Origin: Azolla caroliniana
Taxonomy: Eukaryota > Plantae > Polypodiophyta
Reading direction: 5' to 3'
NCBI GenBank assembly: GCA_043228905.1
Contig: JBHGNT010000097.1
Location: forward strand, 1-64,000
Length of the DNA stretch: 64,000 nt
Shown here: positions 25,037-38,381 of the stretch, piece after piece
Numbering within the stretch: the stretch's first letter is position 1
Layout of the letters: each line of letters begins with the position of its first letter
The notes under the pieces: generated by a model
What the model was told of the DNA's origin: nothing
The model's input: only the letters and a program-made list of their open reading frames with translations
Databases searched by the model: none
Position numbers and translations under genes: made by a program

Positions 25037-26248
25037 ATGGCCAGGTGACTTCCAATTCTTAAATAGCCTTTATTTTCTATACTTAACTAGCATTCGATAG
25101 ATCATCTAATTCTGAGCAATATAAGTCATCGGTGGGGGTTTGGTTTGTTAGCCGGTCTTCGTCCAGTCATTTAGATCATTATCGGCGTCTTTTCAGCTAT
25201 GTATTATACACCTCATGTCGATCTGGCTCTCAACAGCGTAGAACACATTATGAGAGATGTGAAGGGAGGCTGGTTGCTTTGTTACATGTATGCCAATGGG
25301 GCCAGTATGTTCTTCACTGCAGTTCATATCTATATTTTCTGCGGTCCGTATCATGGAAGCTATATCAGTCTCAGAGAATTCATTCGGTGTCTCGGAGTTG
25401 TCACCCTTCTATCAACGATCGTTACCGCTTTCACAGGCCATGTACTCTTCCGGGGTTAAATGAGCTTTCGGGGAGCTATAGTAACTACCAGCTCAGCTAG
25501 TGTCGTATTTATAGTAGGAGATACCATAGTCACTCGGCTTTGGGGTGGTTTCTCCGTAGACAATGCCACCCTAAATCGTTTCTCCAGTCCTTATCACTCA
25601 CTCCTTTTCGTAATTGCAGGCGCTAGTCCTATCTATCCGGCTGCGTTATATTAATACGGATTCAACAATCCATTGGGCATAAATTCTTCTGTGGATAAAA
25701 TTGCTTTTCATCTCTATCTTTACGCCAAGGATTTGGTGGGTCGGGTAGCATTTGCCATTTTCTTCTCCATCCGGCTCTTCTATGCACCTAATGTCTTGGG
25801 ATACTCCGACAATTATATGCCTGCGAATCCGATGTTCACTCTGGCTTATATTGTATTAGAATGGTATCCCTTATCAATCTATGCTATTCCGTGAAGTATC
25901 CTCAACAAATTAGGAGGAGTGGCCGCTACAGGACCAGTTTTTGTGTCATCACTGGCCCCACTTTTCCTTAACACTTCCGCAGTACGGAGTTTAAGTTCTT
26001 GACTAATTTACTAAAGAATGTTTCGGTTGCCTTTGGCCGATTGCTTACTTTTAGGTTGGATTGGATGTTAACCAGTGGAGGCACCGCACGTTACTATTGG
26101 ATAAATGGCTTTTGTAGTGTTTTCCTCTTATTCTGCTATCACGCCCATTCTTGGCCAAATAGAAGCCAGATTAATAATGAATGCCGACGATGCCACGATA
26201 GGTCGGCACTTCGCTATGCCAGTTTATTACCCCAGCCAGAACCGCTAA
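25037..26248 (+). CDS. cob: Apocytochrome b, intronless (needs editing)
   Basis: MAR*LPILK*P..HIMRDVKGGWLL..WGGFSVDNATLNRF..; in-frame stops at Q/R positions. Confidence 0.95.
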
Positions 26249-26349
26249 TATAAGAAAATAAATAAAGGCCGCAACGCTTATAGATAAACTGATTTTCTAA
26301 TAAAAAAGAACAGGATTGAGCCTTCTAGTACTTGTTGTGAACTAACTTT

Positions 26350-26730
26350 TAGTACTTGTTGTGAAGGTGGTTTTAATGAGGAATAGAATAATATTATTGA
26401 AAACAATTTAGATAAAAAATGTTTAATGTTTTGGGATGTTACATTTTGGAATTGTTAATTGATAAAGAGTTAGTAAAACTTATGGAGAATCCAAACATGG
26501 ATGAACAACCAGTTATTTGTTCTGCAGGAAGGAGGATTTTTTAAGAAAAAAAGACTCTATGTTCGATGTTTATACAATATTAGAAATCTCTTACCTGTCA
26601 AGTTGAACTTACCAATGGTTGTTCTGCTAGTACTTTGGGTTATAAAATAGAAAGAATAGAAAGAATGTGAAACAGTTACTTTGAGTGGTGGTTATTTGAC
26701 CGAGCCTATTGATATTTACTATCGCTAAGA
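26350..26730 (+). pseudogene. Fragment of linear-plasmid RNA polymerase
   Basis: LLPVKLNLPMVV..W...TLSGGYLTEP is a motif typical of plant mt plasmid RNAPs. Confidence 0.7.
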
Positions 26731-27140
26731 ATGCGGTTGAGTAAGGCCCGCCCGAAAACGACATATAAAAAGCACTCTACCCAGCTGGAAGGTGCAGAGC
26801 AGGAAGATATATTGATGAGTGGGTCGAAGAAACAAAGAAAGGGTTATAAACAGCAGCAAAAAAGGCCTTCATCAAGTACACAATCAAATACACAATCAAA
26901 AGCAGCAGCTGGGAGATCACCTATTTCTTCCTGTCAGCTCACAATTGTTGCTTGCATCCAGGCCTGTCTGCAGACAATGAATCAAAGCAATCCTTCAACG
27001 CTTCTTCCGCCGGCCGCAGAGACCAAAGCAGTGCTGCTTTGTAAACTAAACCGTGATTCAATGTATCTTTTAGAGCCTGAAAGTTCGTTGAAACCAGACC
27101 TGCAGTCCGGCGGCAGGGTCTACGACTGACTTCAGGCAAC

Positions 27141-27815
27141 ATGAATTACGAAGCTTTTTTGTCAAGGAATAAGAAGAAATATAAAGTACTAAAAAGAATA
27201 TCATCATTTTATGATGGAGTTTATAAGTATTTGATATATAAGTCTTTAAATTTGTTTATCAAAAAGATTACATATGCTGACAGGATCGGTCGATCCAAAA
27301 AAATTATTAATAGATTTAAGATATCATTTGCTCTCAACTTGGACAACAGCTGTTTGTATGCATCTTTTAGGTTATATAATGGTAATTCTTTTTAGACCAG
27401 AAGGCAACAAACAAGTTTATAGCTGGTGACAGTAATCAATTATTCTATCTATTGGGAATAAGTGGGATAACTAGTATGATTCTATCACTGGTGAGTGTAA
27501 AAAAGAATGGAACTATTACAAACAAAAAAGAAGTTATATGCGAATGCGCAAGTCTTACTGTTAGGTGGTCTAACATGGTACCTTATAGGCGTGATAGATC
27601 TTCCATTAATAAAAGATCAAATAGATGTTATAGGTATGTTTTAGAATGTTTTATGTCTTCAGCCGGAGAAGATATAGAAGCATCTCGAGGTTGGTTCTGC
27701 GGTCAGCACGCAACCTTCTTCTTCCTCAGCAACCAACCGAAAATGGTGGGGCTAGTGTGCAGCCTAAGCATGTACCGGAAGAAGGCTCTAAAACTACGGC
27801 TGATAGTAGTTCAAG

Positions 27816-27855
<40 letters not shown>

Positions 27856-29044
27856 GCGAGAGAAGATTCTCGGCTGAGCGTGTAGTGAAGGACGACAGAG
27901 AGCTAAATTATTATTCTTCGGAATCAGTTAAAATATCAACAGGTTCTGCTAGAGAAGGAGTAGAATCGCAGGCAGGTCTCGCTCGGAAAATGTTGCTTGC
28001 GCAGGTCTCGCTCGGGAAATGTTGCTTGCGCAGGTCTTAGGAGAATCGGGTGACGCTACAAATAAAGAACCAATGTATAAAAATAAGTCTTTTTGGGGAG
28101 TGGTACTCACTACTATAAATATATGTGTAATAACCTATATCTTTGGCGGTAGTAGTGGTGGAGGTAGCAGTGACAGTAGCCCGTCTGCTAGTAGCATAAT
28201 AGGTGAATCCAATCCCTTCTTATATCTATATAATTGGCTGAGACCTCCACATAACAGACTTAATTTACCGCTTTAAACGAAATAGACTCTGTAAATTCAA
28301 CAGGTAGAATAATGGAAAGCGCGTCGTATGCATTAGATTATCTGCTTCATAACAGCAACGAATTCTACATGTCAATTCAGTATCCTTTACAGCAAGCAAC
28401 CTGAAAGGTTTTCTTTATTGAATTTGTATAAGATTGGTACATGAGCGCATTCAGCGTGGTATGCGGCTAGATACCAGGCCTTCAGAAAGCGAAATTAACA
28501 CTATTGTGGGTGGAAAGATTATTATCTTTTAATAGCAGGGAATCATCATTATTGGGTATTTCAGACACTCACTGAAATTTATTTACAAATTAATTCCTAT
28601 CTTACTGCATCTGATATACCTCCAATAACTACTATTAGAAACAACGGAATGCATACTGTTCTATATCCTGCCTGAAAGTTATTCAGTTTCAGTCATAAAT
28701 CGTCCATCGCTATTAACCAATAGTAGTGAGAGTGACAGTGATATTATACCTCCCAACAGGTTTACGTGGAAAATACAAATCTTCTTACCACTGACAGTGC
28801 TGATGAGGTTCTTGTACCTCCCGTTGATCAAAACATGTCGAAACACAAACTGAAGAAAGGCCAACTGATGCCGAAACACAAACTGATACAGACCTATCTC
28901 GTAGGGGAAGTCGCCGTTCTTCGACGACAGAAAGAAGCAGCGACAGATGAAAATCTAGCTTCAACTGCCTTCTCCGCCCGGTTACATAGTTATACTGCAT
29001 ATGATAATCCTCTTATGGATGATCCTTTTATAAATGATGAATAA
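27141..29044 (+). pseudogene. AT-rich decayed ORF of unknown family ('ORF-X' copy 2)
   Basis: Shares LRYHL.ST..TAV.MHLLGYI, VNSTGRIMES and IRLVHER blocks with 10230-12037. Confidence 0.6.
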
Positions 29045-30369
29045 GAATATCACCATGAACCACTTTCTTCGCCGCCGAACACTACCACCACCTCAAAAAA
29101 ATTCTGAGATTAGCTGCTTTCCTTTCGCGCAGGCAGGCAGTAATGGTGAAAGAGAGTCCTCCCCGCTACATCAGCATGCCGAATCTGCTGCGACAATGAA
29201 GCCCACAGTGCAGAGTTTTTTTCATTTCTATGCTATTCTATAAATTAATATTGAAAGCCGCAGTCTAATCTTTTAGAGGATGGATGGGTAAACGTCTCAG
29301 GTTCAATCGTTGATTTCTGCCTAGGAAATGGCATTGGATGAAGAGTTCAATCCTGCTTCACTCTGCTGCGGTTCTTCCCACGCACGCTGAACCCGTTCTT
29401 CACGTAGTGTCGATGCAGACATTTTTGCCTGCCGAGTAGCTGCATCATGCAATTTTGTTTTTGTTTTGGCGGGCGGTCTTCGCATTAGACTGATCTTTCG
29501 ATGCAGCGAGATCCCGCCCACCAACTCTGCTTGCTGGGAGAGCAGCACCTGTCTTAACGGTTACGGCTAGAGGGTCCAATCCTTTTCAATATGTCGTCTA
29601 CGCAAGCAGACAAGAACAATTATTCTATCAACCTCCCGCAACTAATAAAGTTGTTAAAGAAGAAACAATGCAGCAGCTCTATCTATTATAAAGCATTGCT
29701 TTAAAGAGTCTAATCTGCCGGCCGTTAGGATGGATGGGTAAACGCCCAATCGTTGATTTCTGCCTAGGAAATGATGAATAGATTTTGAGGCATGTTTCAA
29801 TCCTGTTCCTTCCTTCCTCTCTGCAACTTATTTATCAAGTCAAGGAGGAGTGCCCTTACTTATATTATATTCTTCACTTATCTTCGATGTTGTTGGAGTA
29901 GCATAATGCTGCGAGTCGGCGTTCTTCGCAGGCAGTAGCTTGATCCTTTTTTTTCGATGTAACTTTGATGTCGTTGTTGGCCTGTGCAGCGACTATGCCA
30001 CCAGTACATTCCGTGAACTGCTGCTTGCTGTTTTAGACCATTATCCTCTTCTTTATGGGTTGTCTTCCAAAGATCTTCTTCTTTGTTTTTGACCATTTTA
30101 TATAATTGAAGTTATTCTTTTTTCTGTAGCTTTTCGAAGAACTTTGGAAGCTCAAGCTGTAACATTTCTTCGATTGTCGTGCGTTTTAATCGCTCAATAC
30201 ATTTTCTTCGAGCTTCTGTATTTTCTCTTGTAACATCTTCTTTTCACGACGTTGTAACACTTCTTCACGACTCGTAGCTTTCCTCTTCTTGCGCTTCTGC
30301 GGCGTAGGTTCTACAGCTGCTACTTTATTAGGTGAAGCCACGGGACGGGTTGGTTCTTCAACCTTTCTT

Positions 30370-32035
30370 TTTAGGGTTTGTATCTACCCACAGCCCATCC
30401 TTGAATACCAATTATCTCTTGCTTGCTTGAGAGAGGGATCAATACCCACATTAAGCATCATTTCTTTGCGGTAAATGCTGACTGAGATCTTTCCAATTTA
30501 TATGAAAGTTAGCTGTTAGAAGGTTTGTACTCGTTCAAGGTTTTGATATTGTTCCTCGCTTAAAATTTACCAATTTCTTGGCTGCACCTTTGTATCTTAC
30601 CATATCACCATCCTCAATTTTAAATGCATAACATTTAGGTGCTAAGAAATAACCCTCTATTACTTTTTTATATTCAAGCTTAAATTTACCCAACTCGAAG
30701 ATACTAACTCCGGAGGCAACGGTTTGTCTAGTACTACAGAGTCTGTATCGGTATAGTAGGAACCCGGGAAATATAGGGATACATGTGTATTCGAGCATAT
30801 GCTGTTATTGCTGCCGACATCTGTACAGCTGAGGAAGAGCCGGCGTTCCGTGAGTCCATCCAATGAATCATCGATCTAAATGAATCGTCTTTACAATCCT
30901 CATTTCTCAGTTTCTGCTGCATTTGTGTTGTATAAGTCAATATATAATGCGTATTATTTATAGCTTCAGCTATACCATATGGATATATTGACATTATCTT
31001 GTCAAGTCTTTCTTGATCACAGATCTCTGTTATATTCATTTCTGGTTTTATACCAAACCTTCCGTACAGAGAGTTCATTGTCAATTTGTGCAGAGATGAC
31101 GTCACCATGTCGCCTCTCTTTTTTGCTTCCTGCCTCTCTTTATATATCTCGCTTACAAATTCAATAAAAGTTTCTTTCCTTTCAAATAAATACCCATGCT
31201 TAACTTCTACTTTGTAACCCAATCTTATAGCATATTTTAACTCTTCCGTAAAGTAGACGCCTGTAAACGTCCCTGTAGGAAATATGTTCCCTTGTAATGT
31301 AAGGATCTTTATAGGGTAGTAATGGTATTTTAATTGTATCAGGGCATTCGCTTCCACAAAGCAGCCAAATAGATGCTCCATATCGCTGCCTGACAAGTCT
31401 CCATACAGGTTTTCCCCCTGGCATAGGCTTTGTCATTACGTAAGGGTATAACGAGTTCACGTCATAATAATACATTTCCTTACCATACGGCTTGTATACA
31501 TCAGTGTGGCCACCAACCCAACCTCGCTCGTCGAATAAATGATGCTTTGTTAGCATCAGGCCTGTATATTGGATATGCTTTTGGATAGTAGTGAGTACGA
31601 TAGATCTTCATTGCCATCGACGACACTGTCAGACATTTCGTTATATCTATACTAAACCGATCCCAGCAAGCAAGCAGTATTTTTCTTATACTTTGCTTAA
31701 GCACTCCAGCTAATATCATTATATCCTGTTTTAGATACTTTATTAATTCATATTGTTTATCTCTAATATTTAACTTGTTCGATTCTTTATGCGGAATTGA
31801 ACCTTTACTACTCAGCTCTGGACGCATTGTCTCAGCTAGAGATTTCAACGAAGGTAATAGTTTTAGAGAGTCCCGTATATATAATAGCGGTGTTTTCAGT
31901 TTCTTTTTATCATATATAATAATTTGATCTATTTGATGTTCTCTAATTCTAGTTTTTAATATTATATTAGGTTGGATAACTAAATATTTCAATAGCAAGA
32001 TGCCGTCAAATCGAGACAGATTATGACAATATACC
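30370..32035 (-). pseudogene. dpo: Family B (protein-primed type) DNA polymerase of linear-plasmid origin, frameshifted
   Basis: HNLSRFDG, RDSLKLL, YYYDVNSLYPYVM, KLTMNSLYGRFG, SAAITAYAR, YTDTDS and FLAPKCY motifs spread over several frames. Confidence 0.92.
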
Positions 32036-33008
32036 TGCTCAAAAAATGAATAAATTATTAAACGGGCGGGCGGTTGCTGAGCACGTTAGCTCTTCTCTCC
32101 TATTCAAATATTTAGTGCCGCTACTAACACAATTAGTCATATTGAGGGTTTTTAGGAAATGGAAGAGCGGGCGGCTAACGTTTCTTTTCTTTAACGCCCT
32201 TCCGTTCCGTTCACTACGCGAGCGGAGTGATAAGAGCCCGCTCGTGAGGCGAATAGCAAAAAGTGCTTCCATTTCTACCTTAGTTTCTGCACGAAAAGAC
32301 ACACAGCTTGCCTACGTTCACTCCAAGTATACTCCGTTTTCATTACAGAAACGTATTATGCTAAGATTTCCCATCAAAATCTGATTATACCCATGTTCTG
32401 GAAGTTTTTAGATTGTGTAAAACCATTTTAGTTCTAGGGGCACCCTCCAACTCACTTGAAAGTGTCAAATTAGCTACAGAGAATCCTCGTGGTTAAAAAC
32501 GCATAAAGACGTGAAGTGGAGCTTTGACCAAAAAATTGTTTTAATTTAACAAATCTTTACTAAGCTAAGAGTCAGAGAGAAAAGCGTACGTCACTCACTT
32601 AGCATAGAGCGTTTTGTGAGGGCACATTATGTACAAACTTTTGGAGAAACTCAGTATGATTATCTCCCCCTATTACCTAGTCGAAATATGAAGAAACTCT
32701 ATTGAATTCCATTTCTCAATGGCCACAACTTTCTTGTCAAAGGAACTTCCGTAATTGAAAGAGAATTCTGAGACTCTTGCGCATCTTTGAGAGTTCAAAG
32801 TAATTATCATCACTTCAGCCAACACAGAAGGGGAGACTTATTTCTCATGGAGCGGCTTTAAGAAAAGTGCAGGGAAGGCAAAGTGAAATATGATGACCAG
32901 GGCTATATTGAATTCTGCATATATTACTCCTACAATTGCACGCAACGTCTTTGGTTTGGAAAACAAATAGGTTGTACCAGGATGGGGGCTTAATGAATGG
33001 TTGGATAA

Positions 33009-33075
33009 GTGAAGGCACCGCACGTTACTATTGAATAAATGGTGAATAAATGGCTTCTGTAGTGTTTTTCTCTTC
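33009..33075 (+). pseudogene. Short duplicated cob fragment
   Basis: GGCACCGCACGTTACTATTG..AAATGGCTT.TGTAGTGTTTT matches ~26075-26130. Confidence 0.75.
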
Positions 33076-35323
33076 AGGTAATGGAATGTATACGTCGGGG
33101 CGGGGTCCGCCCCCGCCCACGCCCAAGACGTAAGATGATGATCCGCCTTGCCGATGGCCGTTCCGCTCCCGGTTAGTTATTGGCGAGAGGCAGTAACTAA
33201 CCGAGCGAGAGATTATCAACAGGTTTCATTTCCGATCCGAAAATATTGTTTAAAACAGTAATTTCCTGAAGAGTATGAATAATAGAATAAGCAATATGAT
33301 TCACATTTCAATACGGATAAGGGCTCCACCAAGAGATTGTTTTTTTTTCCATCGCACTAAACTAAAAAGGAATCGTTGACGTTAGCCTTAGTTCCCCTTT
33401 GGCCTCTTCAGTGCCAGTCTTAGATTGAATTTGCTGCAAGAGCGATAGACCTGTAAATTCCCCAAAGACCTACAGTGAGCTGTGTATTCCTCCTAACAGA
33501 AGAGCTACCTTCTTGTAGTTCTTGTAGAAGGTATACCTTACCCAGATTGCAGTAGTTCTATCCCAGAAAAAGCCGGCACCTTCATTCATGGTGCTTGAAG
33601 AAACAGCAAGCAGGTTAATCCGTAAACGTTAGTCACAAGGGGTACAGGAGTGATGTCACGGGAATTGATGATAAGTATGCAGGTTCCAGCTAAGCTAACG
33701 TAGCAGTTGGTGGTCCTCGTATCGATAGATCTCGCCCTCTATTTCTATCTGTTGGTGGCTTCTTGGCTGTTCTCGCAGCTTCTCAACAGCTGGCGTGGGT
33801 TCTCTACAACCTGTTGTTTTTGTTGCTTCCTTGCAGTCCGTTCCTGTTGGTCGAATGGCTGCTTTAGTCTTGTTGTTCAAGAACGGCGGCTCTGCTGAGG
33901 AAATCAACGATCGGACTATTATTCCTCAAAGACCTTTCGCCAATTGATCCAGAATCGATTTGACAAACAAAATAGGCCAATCGTTGATTTGAGCATGTCT
34001 TAGATTGAACTTGTTGCAGGTTCGATAAGGGTAAGCGGATTCCCGGCGCGCGCGCGCGGCGGAAGAAACCTAGCGAAGACTTCCCTGGCTCTGTCATTCT
34101 GATTGGACTGTAGATGATTAAACCATATATTTGAATCTACCAAATTTCTTCTAGATCGTTCGTTTTAGATGGTATGATTGGCTACCGGGTTCCCTGCCAA
34201 TGATGTTATAGATACGGAAGTTGCCCTCTTAATGAGTATAGAAATCGTTTTCAGTGGGAAAATAGCGCTAACATTATATTCGGTCGTACCGCTGGTTCCC
34301 TGTTCTACAGGGGTTTCTCGGCTTTACAGTCTCTCTCGTGACCCTACTATGAAAAACACGCCGCAGATTAGCCATGAAAAAGACGACATGTGCTACAACA
34401 AATCATCCTTTCAGAATGACACAACTTTGGTTTGGCCAAATCCTGTCCTGCGGGACTAAAATCTGCAAAATAAAAAAGTAGTTTTCGCTCGTTATATTCG
34501 CTAGGCCCGCATTCTGCATAGTAACATTCGTTTCTTCCAAAACAAAGCATACGCTTTGGACGTATTTGCGGAACATTTAGGGTTTTCTTTTCTGATTTTT
34601 TTCAATCTAGCCTTTTGTTCAACAACTCTTTCTTTTTGGTTCACTAATCCGTCATCCTCCTCAAAGTCTAAATCATAGCGATCCTACGGATCAAGCTCTA
34701 GTACATCGTCATCAATTTCTGTACTTTGTGAAGTGTCTATAGCGGTGTCTACGTAGTAATCATACTCGTCATGGGAGGTTGAGCCGTAAATTGCTTATCT
34801 CACGCAGCATGAAAATGAAGGGTTTTCGATGAAGCGGTTCATGCGGTCGGGCGGGGGTTTCTGTATCTCGATGTCATTTAAAAAATCCAAGTGCGCACGC
34901 AGGCAGGCAGTTTAACCAACTTAGACTACAATCCACGACACCGCTTTCTCCGGCCGGAATCTCCATCAACGCAATGATCAACATCCTCCATGCCCTTCGT
35001 GACAGCAAGCAACACTGACTCTTGACTCAGATTCTTTGTTTGCCGTGATCCCCTTTTTGCAAAATAAAATATACCCCCTTTCCCCCCAATAATTGAGATA
35101 GTCGTCGTTTTTGCTTCCAACACTATGGATGGTTAGAATGTATACAGCCTGTAGCTGTTGTACTGCTCGTAGCCCTCGTTACGTTATTTTGTGCCGCTTC
35201 ATCGTTGAGTCTTCTTGCCCAACCTTTTCGTTAGTAGTGTTTGCAGTAATGGGTGTAATCTCCCGCCAGGTCTCCGGTTTCACTTCCGCTGCTGTAATGA
35301 CATGTGCCCATTCTTCCGCCCGC

Positions 35324-35364
<41 letters not shown>

Positions 35365-36085
35365 AAGGGGAACTCCAAAGAGGCAAAGAATTAGCAATGC
35401 CCACAGCCTCGGTAGCGTAGCAGGATCTTCCAGTGAGTGTTGAATAAGCAAAATATACGAGGCCATTGGACCTCATCAAACTCTTTTGCGACACCTTTTC
35501 GTTCGACTAAACAAATCAGCGAGACCGTGCTGCTGCTGCGTGGGACCTCAAACAGTTGCCTGATACTTCAGGCGTGTAAATAAGAAAATCCAAATAACAA
35601 TTGTTACGTTTATAGCCTATAACTGGCTTGATCCGGCTTTCTTTCTTGGGCGAGGCCCGAAAGAAAAGAAAAGAAAAGAAAAGAAGCCGTTTAAAGTCTG
35701 ACAGACTGTAAAAGAGTAAGTATTAGCCATGGTGATTCTATTTTGTTCTTCTTAATATATTAAAAGTTATTACTTCGGAAACGGTAGAGCCTCTAGCAAG
35801 CCGGTGGTGCAAGCGAATAAGGTGAATGGGACCCTACTTTTCTATCGGGAGTATTTCGTTTTATGAAAAAACCTCATAAAGCCCGTATATGCCCGGGTTC
35901 ATATATCAAAATAAACCCTAATCTTGGCTCGGAAAGTCGAAGCGGGAAGTGGCCGAATGAAAAAAGCGTTTGATTTCAGTAAATCCGCTTTCAAAAGAGA
36001 GATTCGAATCGTATCTCCTCCCTTAATGCCAAAGTATACTTCGTATTCAAGAAGGAAAAACGAAGTGCAATGAGTTTAATGGTGC

Positions 36086-36388
36086 TCGACCTTTCATGCG
36101 ATTAGGAAATTCCACGGCAATGGTCCCGCGAATTCGAGAAGTTACCACCGGAATGGCCAGCCCAATTGCGAATTCCGCAACTGCCACCGTTAACACTAGT
36201 AAAGTGAGTGATTAACCCATCATATCATCCGAATAGACAGAAAATACCGGAGAGTTCAAATTGACAGCCAATAACATTAACTCAATTAGCGTCGGCATAA
36301 TAGTAATATTCCTTCTATTTGAGAGAATTCCCTGAATACCTGAAAGAGAGGAAATCATGGAAAATGTCAAATATTTGACCAGATCCGT
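36086..36388 (-). CDS. nad4L: NADH dehydrogenase subunit 4L (ACG start and CGA stop both need C-to-U editing)
   Basis: [33 protein letters not shown]..; 101 codons. Confidence 0.93.
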
Positions 36389-36608
36389 AAGAAAAAGTCT
36401 TTCTTCGTTTCATAAAAATCGTAGTGAGATTGGTTCTTTATAATCATGGCTGTTTAAAAAGAAGTGAAAAGGGGCAAGTAATCCCATATACCAATATAGC
36501 GAAAAGTGACCGAAGCATGATGCAGGTTCGGTTGAAAGGAAGAACCCGCTAGCCCGCCCTGAACAAGGGCAAAGCATTCCGTAGGTATATAATCTAATGT
36601 GCACTTTC

Positions 36609-36682
36609 CGCATCCTACAGGACTTGAACCTGTGACCTTCAACTTAGAAGGTTGTTGCTCTATCCGACTGAGCTAAGGATGC
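36609..36682 (-). tRNA. trnR: tRNA-Arg(UCU)
   Basis: GCATCCTTAGCTCAG..ACCTTCTAAGTT..GGTTCAAGTCCTGTAGGATGCG. Confidence 0.93.
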
Positions 36683-36703
36683 TGTGCATTACAAACACTT
36701 CTA

Positions 36704-37364
36704 GGCTTTTCAGTTAAGTCAGGTAAAACTTGCTTGCCTTTTCGTTATTCTGTTTCGAACTCCGGGCATGACAAATGCATAGGCTCCTTCCCGTTTTCTA
36801 CTTGGCATTCACCAAGTGCCGGTTCCGCCTTAGGAGGGTAGGCAGGTGGTATGGGCCCTCTGACTTCTTTCCGGGGCTTTCCTCCCGCCGAAGATCTCGC
36901 CGGTTTTACCTGCGGATGGTTGGGACCATAATAAGATAAGAGTTGAAAGGTCCCACTTTGCTTGGCTTGCCGGGATGTCGTTCAGTCTTCCGTCCCCAAT
37001 AGAATAGATAGGTAATCCGCTCTCATGCTTGCTGTAAACTTTCGTTTACGGGCGGGAGAAGTGGCACTCAATCGGGCCTGACCATAATGTGCCTATAGCA
37101 GGCAGGGAGCATATCCGCGTCTATCTGGCAACACGTCGAACGAACGAATAGGGCATGGTCACCCGAAAAAGACTCCGATTTGCTGCTTTCGGCCTCATCT
37201 TTCACCAAACTACCGGGCTGCACGATGATTTTCATTCGTCCGCTTTGCCTTCAATCGTGCTTTCTTTTGCGACATGCTATGGTCTCGGCCTCCCTTCGCG
37301 GGTTCTGGTTAGTCTCATGCCTGTATGCAACCTTTTTCGACCGCAGATGATCTAACGGCCGCCC
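36704..37364 (-). other. 5' part (DI-DIII, start of DIV) of group II intron atp1i361g2, ending in the 41-bp repeat
   Basis: 5' GGGCGGCCGTT after exon ..GGT G; J2/3-DIII-like GCGGAACCGGCACTTGGTGAATGCCAAGTAG at ~36800-36830. Confidence 0.85.
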
Positions 37365-37710
37365 CACCTTTTCCATCAATGAGTACTCCTAACGCATCAA
37401 CTACACAACCCGGCATGGCCTTTCCTACAAGAACGTCCACAATAGATCCAGTGCGCTTGACCATATCTCCTTCTTTAATGGCGGTATCACTACCGGATAT
37501 AACAATTCCTACATTCTCATTCTCAGAATTCGAAGCCATTCCTTTCACACCGCTGGCGAATTCTACCATTTCTCCTGCTTGAATCTTGTTCGATCCATAA
37601 ACACGTGCAATTCCATCCCCAACCGATACCACTCAACCGATCTCATCCACTGGCAATTTGGTGTGATAGTTGGTAATTCTTTCTTCCGAGATAGTAGATG
37701 GTTATTCCGT
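37365..37710 (-). CDS. atp1: atp1 exon 1 (probable ACG start)
   Basis: [37 protein letters not shown]. Confidence 0.92.
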
Positions 37711-38381
37711 TGCTCTAGCTTTAAACAATCTCGTTCCCTTTCTCTTCCGTCGAATCCCTTTCCTCGGCACTTTATACCCAGGGCAGTCTCCTGCATTCAT
37801 GGCAGTTCCTAGCAAGAAAGAGATGGGAAAGGGAAGTAACCTCACGACGAGGTGAACCATGTCATTGATATAGAGGGGAGGGATCGGACCTTCCCCCAGT
37901 GTTGGTTTGCATTATAAAGAAAGTAAGTTTTGACAGAATAGACTGGGTGAATGAAGCGCTAAAGCCGTGTATCCGTAGCTATGCAGAGACGGAGAGAAAT
38001 AGATATATACAACTGAAAGGTGAGGGACTACGCGGAGGGAGGGCATCCACATAGCTCTAAATCATAGGATCAAATTCCAGAGTGAGCCCCGCAGTGCAAC
38101 TACCTTTCGCGGAGCCGACTCTTTCGATCGATTGGCAAAAAAAAATGGATATTTGTCGTATGGAGAAATTGGATGAACGAATAGACGAGTAAGGTATTAA
38201 CTAAACTGCAATTATTCTAATTTGAGTCGACTTTTTCCATTCCATCTCCCCGCTTCGCTGCTCTATTCGGGTTTATTCCTTCGCCTTGCTCGAGCCAAGC
38301 CTTCCATGACCTGCTGGGCTGTAGGACCAATCCAAACCTTCTGACGTTGGTGAGTAGAGACAAATAGCTCTATGGTGGTAT

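Noticed and set aside
35740-36015. Possible sdh4 or other gene downstream of nad4L
   Set aside because: Only a faint LF*YMNPGI resemblance; cannot be supported by eye
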